This document shows positions 58,872-64,000 of a stretch of 64,000 nt of DNA, in pieces; position 1 is the stretch's first letter; the number at the start of each line of letters is the position of its first letter. Where the stretch lies: positions 584,686-648,685 of the forward strand of contig CAVWBW010000013.1 in assembly GCA_963753395.1 (NCBI GenBank), given 5' to 3'. The notes beneath the pieces were generated by a model that saw only the letters and a list, made by a program, of their open reading frames with translations, was not told the DNA's origin and ran no database searches. Source of the DNA: an uncultured delta proteobacterium (lineage in GTDB: Bacteria; Myxococcota_A; Polyangia; Polyangiales; Houyiibacteriaceae). A program made the translations under genes and the position numbers.

Positions 58872-60638
58872 CTACGGGGTTTCCCGCTCCCTCTCAAGGG
58901 AGAAGGAGTGCTCGGTCATATCACCGCCGGCACGAAGCTTCACGACGCTCTTGTGGGTCTGATACCCGGGCGCGCGGATCTCGACTTGTGCAGAAACGCG
59001 CAGCGAGCGCATCGGAATGCGAAGGATCTCACGAATGCGACCGCTGACCCGCCGATTGCCAGGTAGCGTGATCCGGACCGACGCGTCCGCTGGAGCGGGG
59101 CCCTTCAAGTACAAACGCGCGGGCTCGTACTTGAGCTTCACGGCAAGCTCATAGTCGCGGGAACCTGGAGGAATCCGCCGCCGAAGCACCCGCTCCTCAC
59201 AGCACTCTTCTGCTCCGACAAACCGGAACGTGTGTGTGCCCACCTTCAACCGGATCTTCTGGAAGCCGGGCCCGTAGGCTTTCGGCGGTCCGCCGTCGAC
59301 GCTGATCGACACGTTGGGCGGCGTCGGGTTGAACACGACCCAACGACGCCCACTCGTACCCAACTCTTTCGGCTCGTTCCGCGTCTCTTCCCCGGCTGCG
59401 ATCTCGTCCGTCGCCTTGGGCTTGGCCGCCGTGTCCTTGGTCGGCAACGCCTCCCCATCATCGGGCGACGGTCTCTCGAGCGTGGCTTGCTCGACGTCTT
59501 CGGGCACCGGCGCAGCCGGCCACGCGAAGTAGCCCCACGCCCCCAATCCGACAAGTGTTGCAACGGATAGCGTCACGGCGATCATCGCGCCGCGCCTTCG
59601 ACGGCGCCCGAGCGTCCCGAGAAGTTTCAGCGCATCCTCGTTGCCGTCATCGATCGCCAGGGCACGGCTCAATGCCGCTTGCGCTTTGGGGACGTCGCCG
59701 GCGCGCGAAGCCTCGGCACCGAGCGCGATGAGGCGTTCAAGCGACGACTCCCGAAGCTCGGCCGTGACCTCAGCCGGTGCTCTGAGATAACGCGCCAACG
59801 CCTCGTCTGTGTCGTCGATGCCCATCCCGGCCAGAAAGTCACGGAGGCTCGCGGACATCTCGGCGGCGGTTTGATAGCGCTCGGCGGGATCCCGAGAAAG
59901 CGACTTGTGCATGATCGCTGCGAGATCCGCCCCAATTGCAGGCTGCAAACGGAGTGGGTCCGGATACTCGCCCCCGAGAAGGAGCTTCAGGAGATGGTGC
60001 GGATTGCGGCCCACGAAGGGGAGTCTTCCCGTCGAACAGAAGTAAAGCACCGTCCCTAGTGAGAACACATCGGTGCGCGCATCGCAGGTGCGCCCCTCCA
60101 CCTGCTCGGGCGCCATGTGTCCAGGCGAGCCGAGGATCTGGCCGGTCGCGGTGAACGTATGCGTGTCGACCATGTACGCAATGCCGAAGTCCGTGAGCTT
60201 CACGCATCGGTCCTCGTGAATCAGCACGTTCTCAGGCTTCACGTCGCGATGAATGATCCCGTTGGCATGAGCTGCTCCGAGAGCGTCGGCGACTTGCACG
60301 GCGATGCACGCGGCGATCTCCGGAGGCAGCTCCTTGTGCATCAAGACGAAGTCCTTGAGCGTCGGGCCGGTCAACAGCTCGGCCGCGATGTAGGTTTCGG
60401 CCGATCCTTCGCCGCTGTAGTCGTAGATCTCGAGAATGTGCGGATGACGCAGCCGGGCGACGCTCTTCGCTTCACGCGCAAACCGGGCGCGCGCCTCCGG
60501 GGTTCGCTGCAAGTGCGGATGCAGCACTTTCAGTGCAACGAAACGGTCGAGCGAGCTATCGCGCGCGCGATAGACCGTAGCCATCCCGCCGTGGCCGATC
60601 TCGTCGAGGACCTCGTACTTCTCCAGCTTGCGTAACAT
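58872..60638 (-). CDS. Serine/threonine protein kinase with a TM segment and a PEGA-like extracytoplasmic domain
   Basis: Hanks kinase motifs GHGGMATVY, VALKVL, HRDVKPENVLI, DFGIA and GSPGHMAPE. TM helix MIAVTLSVATLVGLGAWGYFAW. The C-terminal segment VSISVDGGPPKAYG...GTHTFRF is PEGA-like. Confidence 0.85.
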   Translation of the reverse strand: MLRKLEKYEVLDEIGHGGMATVYRARDSSLDRFVALKVLHPHLQRTPEARARFAREAKSVARLRHPHILEIYDYSGEGSAETYIAAELLTGPTLKDFVLMHKELPPEIAACIAVQVADALGAAHANGIIHRDVKPENVLIHEDRCVKLTDFGIAYMVDTHTFTATGQILGSPGHMAPEQVEGRTCDARTDVFSLGTVLYFCSTGRLPFVGRNPHHLLKLLLGGEYPDPLRLQPAIGADLAAIMHKSLSRDPAERYQTAAEMSASLRDFLAGMGIDDTDEALARYLRAPAEVTAELRESSLERLIALGAEASRAGDVPKAQAALSRALAIDDGNEDALKLLGTLGRRRRRGAMIAVTLSVATLVGLGAWGYFAWPAAPVPEDVEQATLERPSPDDGEALPTKDTAAKPKATDEIAAGEETRNEPKELGTSGRRWVVFNPTPPNVSISVDGGPPKAYGPGFQKIRLKVGTHTFRFVGAEECCEERVLRRRIPPGSRDYELAVKLKYEPARLYLKGPAPADASVRITLPGNRRVSGRIREILRIPMRSLRVSAQVEIRAPGYQTHKSVVKLRAGGDMTEHSFSLERERETP

Positions 60639-60688
60639 CTGCCCGGAATGTCGAGGATATCAGGTTCCGCCCCGACCGACCCACCCTT

Positions 60689-62038
60689 CTACAGAGGTGT
60701 CAACGCCGCGGGTACACAGAATTCGAAGTCATCGAGAGCGGTCCCCCCGTCGTCGCCGCCCGCGACGACAAACACGCCGCTCTCGTACACAATCGCGCCG
60801 GCTGAAGCGCGAGGGACGCGCATCTCCAACACCGGTTCGATCGCGACCGTGTCCTCGCTCCAGCGAACCTCTTCGACGCTCTTCGACCCTTCTCCGCCGA
60901 TGATCAACGCGCTCAACTCGGGAAGAATGGCGCGCAAGCGGGCCGCGTCCCATTGCGGCCCCGCACTCGAAACGCAGTTGCCCGGACAAGCGTCGAACCG
61001 AAGCGTATCCCGTCGGACCGCGCCGCTTGCATCCGCACCGCCGATCAGCAGCGCTCGGCTCTCTCCATCGCCGACGAGCAAACCGTCGTCGCGCACGCCA
61101 TCCATGACGCCATCGATCGGCTGTCCGACGGTGCTGCCCGCCAGGAGGATCTCCGCGTTGCCATCCGCGTCACCTCCCACGACCAACACGTCTTCACCGA
61201 GAGCGGCCGCCACCGCACCCGCACGAGGCTCACTCAACTGAAGCGACGTGACGACGCCATCGAGCTTGACGAGCGAGACCCCCGCCCTCGCCGCGCCACC
61301 GGCCTCGCCGCCGATGACCATCGCGCCGAGGCCAGGGACCGATACCAGCGCCGACTGAGGCCCTGCACCGGAGTGAAGGACGACCTGCGTGATTCGGTCC
61401 GTTGCGTCCAACATGTTGAAGATGAAAGGCGCTGCATCGGCGGGAAGGACGAGAATCTGACCTTGACCGACGGTCGCCGCGCGTGTCTCTCCAAGGAAAG
61501 AGAGCGAGAAGTCCGCCTCGAACAAACGGGACTGCCACTCGAGCGCGTCGAAGTACTCAATCTGCTCGTTGTCGGGCGTCGTGCCGCCGACCACGAGCGC
61601 AAACGTACCGGAGGGAACCATCCCAAAGTTCGCGCGAGGAGCTTTCATCGTATTGAAGGAGACGGCTGTGCACGAAGACGGCCCTGCTGCGACGACCTTG
61701 AGAAACCCATTCGTCACTGAAGGGACGAACCAGGGAGGAGCCGTAATCAGATCGGTGGTCGAACCCTCTAGCTGGATGCGGAGACGCGTGAGAGCAGAGA
61801 GCGAGGCAAACTCGAGCGTGGCGTCGAACTGGCCGTCCGAAATGGGGAACTCGAACTCCCGGATGGGGAGCTCGCCCTGGGCGATCTCGATTCGGAGCGT
61901 GTCCGCATCCGTGCCGGCGACGGGGTTGCCGTTGTCGCCATCCACGATACTTGCCTGGAATACGAACTGAACCACGTCGTCATTGCAACCGACAGCGGCA
62001 GCGCAGAGAAGGGCAAGCAAGACGAATCGGCGCGCCAC
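60689..62038 (-). CDS. Lipoprotein with Kelch-like beta-propeller repeats
   Basis: GTG start and lipobox LLCAAAVGC. Contains six or more hydrophobic-GG blades (ALVVGG, MVIGGE, LVVGGD, LLIGGA, LIIGGE, VVAGGD). Confidence 0.6.
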   Translation of the reverse strand: MARRFVLLALLCAAAVGCNDDVVQFVFQASIVDGDNGNPVAGTDADTLRIEIAQGELPIREFEFPISDGQFDATLEFASLSALTRLRIQLEGSTTDLITAPPWFVPSVTNGFLKVVAAGPSSCTAVSFNTMKAPRANFGMVPSGTFALVVGGTTPDNEQIEYFDALEWQSRLFEADFSLSFLGETRAATVGQGQILVLPADAAPFIFNMLDATDRITQVVLHSGAGPQSALVSVPGLGAMVIGGEAGGAARAGVSLVKLDGVVTSLQLSEPRAGAVAAALGEDVLVVGGDADGNAEILLAGSTVGQPIDGVMDGVRDDGLLVGDGESRALLIGGADASGAVRRDTLRFDACPGNCVSSAGPQWDAARLRAILPELSALIIGGEGSKSVEEVRWSEDTVAIEPVLEMRVPRASAGAIVYESGVFVVAGGDDGGTALDDFEFCVPAALTPL

Positions 62039-62086
62039 CGCGAGAGGTTGCGTTACGGCTCGGCCGCGAGCAAGTAGAGGATCGCC

Positions 62087-63406
62087 GTGTGGGCCGAACG
62101 CATTGCTTCGATCGATGAGCTGGCCGCGGCGCGGTCTTTGAGCTCGGAGCCGGGGTTTGCCTGGCTGGACTCGAATCGAAGCGAATCACGGGACGGGCGC
62201 TACTCGTTCCTCGCGGCGTGGCCGGCCGAGGAGCTTCGGGTGGAGTTCGGTCACGAAGCTCCGTTCGCCGCGCTTCGTGACGTCGCGCGAAGTGCTCCGC
62301 AGGCGAACGTGGAAGGGCCGAGGCCGTCGGAAGTGCCCGAGTGGATCGGATACATCGCGTACGACGCTTTTTGGTCCGCGCCCGCTCGAGGAACCCCGCG
62401 ATTCGAGCGCGGTCGCGATCCCATTCTCTACTTTCGACGGTATCCAGCGCTCGTCGCCATCGACCATGAGAGCGGCCACGGTTGGATCGTGGGCGACGAC
62501 GAGGCCACGTGCGAGGTGTTTCGCTCGAAGCTGCAGACACTCACCGCCCCCGAGCCGACGGCCCCGGTGATCGGCCCCGTGCTCGTCGACGACCCGGCGG
62601 TTCATCGAGACGCGATCGTCCGTGCGCTCGACTACATCGCGCAAGGGCAAGTGTATGAGGTCAACGTTGCACGAAGGTGGTCGACAGCTTTCACAGGAGA
62701 CGCGCTCGAGCTGTGGCAAGCGATGCGGGTCGCCAGTCGAGTGCCCCTTGGCATGTTCTTCGACGGGGGCGACCACGCTGTGCTCGCGTGCACGATGGAG
62801 CGCTTCATTCAATGGGACGCAGCGAGCCGCCAGCTCGTGACTCGACCGATCAAGGGAACGATTCGCCGGGAGCCGACGGACGACGGAGCTTCCGAGCGCT
62901 TGCGCGCAGACCCGAAGGAACGAGCCGAGCACTCGATGATCGTCGACCTGATGCGCAACGACATCGGGCGCGTGGCGGCCGTCGGGACAGTACGAGTCGA
63001 CGCGCCTCTCGTGGTCGAGCCGTTCACGGGCCTCTACCATCTCGTCAGCACGGTGAGCTGCGAGACACGACCCGAAGTCACCATGCAAGAGGTTCTCCGA
63101 GCGACCTTTCCGCCGGGCAGCGTGACCGGCGCGCCGAAGATCCGCGCGCTAGAGATCATCGAAGAGCTCGAACAGCATCCCCGCGGCGTGTACTGCGGAG
63201 CCCTCGGCTTCATCGACCACGCGGGCGGGCTCTCCTTGGCGGTCGCGATTCGAACAGCGACAGTCCGAGGCGGAGAAGCCCACTACTGGGCTGGAGGCGG
63301 CATCGTGGAGGCGAGTGACCCCGACCGCGAGGTCGCGGAAACCGAGCTAAAGGCAAGAGTGTTTCTGGACGCAGTGGAATCGCTGCGGGGAGAGCCGAAT
63401 GACTGA
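62087..63406 (+). CDS. pabB: Aminodeoxychorismate synthase component I (chorismate-binding enzyme family)
   Basis: 439 aa. Contains HSMIVDLMRND, GSVTGAPKIRALEIIEELE...RGVYCGALG and GGGIV.SDP..E..E...K. The size fits PabB rather than TrpE, but the family-level call is the safer one. Confidence 0.75.
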   Translation: MWAERIASIDELAAARSLSSEPGFAWLDSNRSESRDGRYSFLAAWPAEELRVEFGHEAPFAALRDVARSAPQANVEGPRPSEVPEWIGYIAYDAFWSAPARGTPRFERGRDPILYFRRYPALVAIDHESGHGWIVGDDEATCEVFRSKLQTLTAPEPTAPVIGPVLVDDPAVHRDAIVRALDYIAQGQVYEVNVARRWSTAFTGDALELWQAMRVASRVPLGMFFDGGDHAVLACTMERFIQWDAASRQLVTRPIKGTIRREPTDDGASERLRADPKERAEHSMIVDLMRNDIGRVAAVGTVRVDAPLVVEPFTGLYHLVSTVSCETRPEVTMQEVLRATFPPGSVTGAPKIRALEIIEELEQHPRGVYCGALGFIDHAGGLSLAVAIRTATVRGGEAHYWAGGGIVEASDPDREVAETELKARVFLDAVESLRGEPND

Positions 63407-63998
63407 CCCTGAAGACATCCTCGATTTCTGGTTTGGACAGCTCGACGAGCTCGGCTGCGCAAGTCCCAATCAACGAAAGCTCTGGTGGACGAAGTCGAAC
63501 GCCTTCGATCAAGCAATCCGATCGAAATTTCTCGCGGAGTACGAAGCGGTTGCGGCGGGCGACCGCGAAAGCTGGCGCAACTCACCACGAGGAGCACTCG
63601 CGTACATCATTGTCCTCGACCAGTTCTCGCGGAACATGTTTCGGAACACGGCGGAGATGTTCGACGCCGATCCGCTCGCCCGCGAGGTGTGTTGCGAAGG
63701 GCTCGACGCGGGATTCGACGAGGAGCTGGGATTCGACGAGCGCGTGTTCTTCTACTTGCCGCTCGAGCACAGCGAGGAGGTTGCAGACCAGGAGCGTTGC
63801 CTCGAGGTGTTCGAGGCCCTCTGCGCAACGGCACCGGAGTCACTCCAAGCCGATGCGGAATACTACTTGGACTACGCCAAACGACATCGCGCGATCATCG
63901 ACCGCTTCGGCCGCTACCCACATCGAAACGAGATTCTGGGGCGCGTTTCGACCGAAGAAGAGCTCGAGTTCTTGAAGGAACCGGGATCGTCTTTCTGA
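63399..63998 (+). CDS. DUF924 family protein
   Basis: ILDFWFG...LWW.KS..FD..IR.KF......LDQFSRNMFR...YLPLEHSE...RFGRYPHRN..LGR.ST.EE..FL. Confidence 0.8.
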   Translation: MTDPEDILDFWFGQLDELGCASPNQRKLWWTKSNAFDQAIRSKFLAEYEAVAAGDRESWRNSPRGALAYIIVLDQFSRNMFRNTAEMFDADPLAREVCCEGLDAGFDEELGFDERVFFYLPLEHSEEVADQERCLEVFEALCATAPESLQADAEYYLDYAKRHRAIIDRFGRYPHRNEILGRVSTEEELEFLKEPGSSF

Positions 63999-64000
63999 GA

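Overview
This is a high-GC bacterial chromosomal window. The gene content, many lipoproteins, a Ser/Thr kinase and a MYXO-CTERM-like sorting tail suggest Myxococcota, but that is inference only; no database search was possible. All protein calls come from reading motifs in the supplied translations.

Layout:
- 1-40 kb is a mixed housekeeping and accessory region. It holds an AMP-forming acyl-CoA synthetase, a second EF-G paralog, tandem CitE/malyl-CoA-lyase-like genes, a class II photolyase, and a PlsC-like acyltransferase with an SDR epimerase. It also holds a pectin-acetylesterase/Notum-like esterase, a DUF2330 protein, tRNA-Phe(GAA), and an aminotransferase + LuxE-like + LuxC-like operon. 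Further along are a MerR regulator, ribA, two tandem lipoprotein paralogs, the rpmE-DUF1385-prfA cluster, and a divergent sterol-desaturase-family/Rieske-oxygenase pair.
- 40.2-57.7 kb (minus strand) is the contiguous str-S10-spc-alpha ribosomal protein supercluster, rpsL to rplQ.
- 57.9-64 kb holds a Kelch-lipoprotein / Ser-Thr kinase / membrane-protein module, pabB and a DUF924 gene.

No mobile elements, CRISPR arrays or rRNA genes were seen.

Most notable observations:
- A translationally coupled aminotransferase-LuxE-LuxC operon, which has fatty-acid-reductase logic but no luciferase genes.
- rplC, rpsD and map are absent from their canonical slots in the ribosomal supercluster.
- An unusual 235-nt rpsG-fusA spacer carries a terminator-like hairpin.
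- A 475-bp convergent intergenic region carries two roughly 105-bp repeat copies plus a perfect (AGCGTC)x16.7 microsatellite.
- Two genes have apparent single-base frameshifts.
- A divergent ERG3/ERG25-family and Rieske oxygenase pair may act on sterols or lipids.
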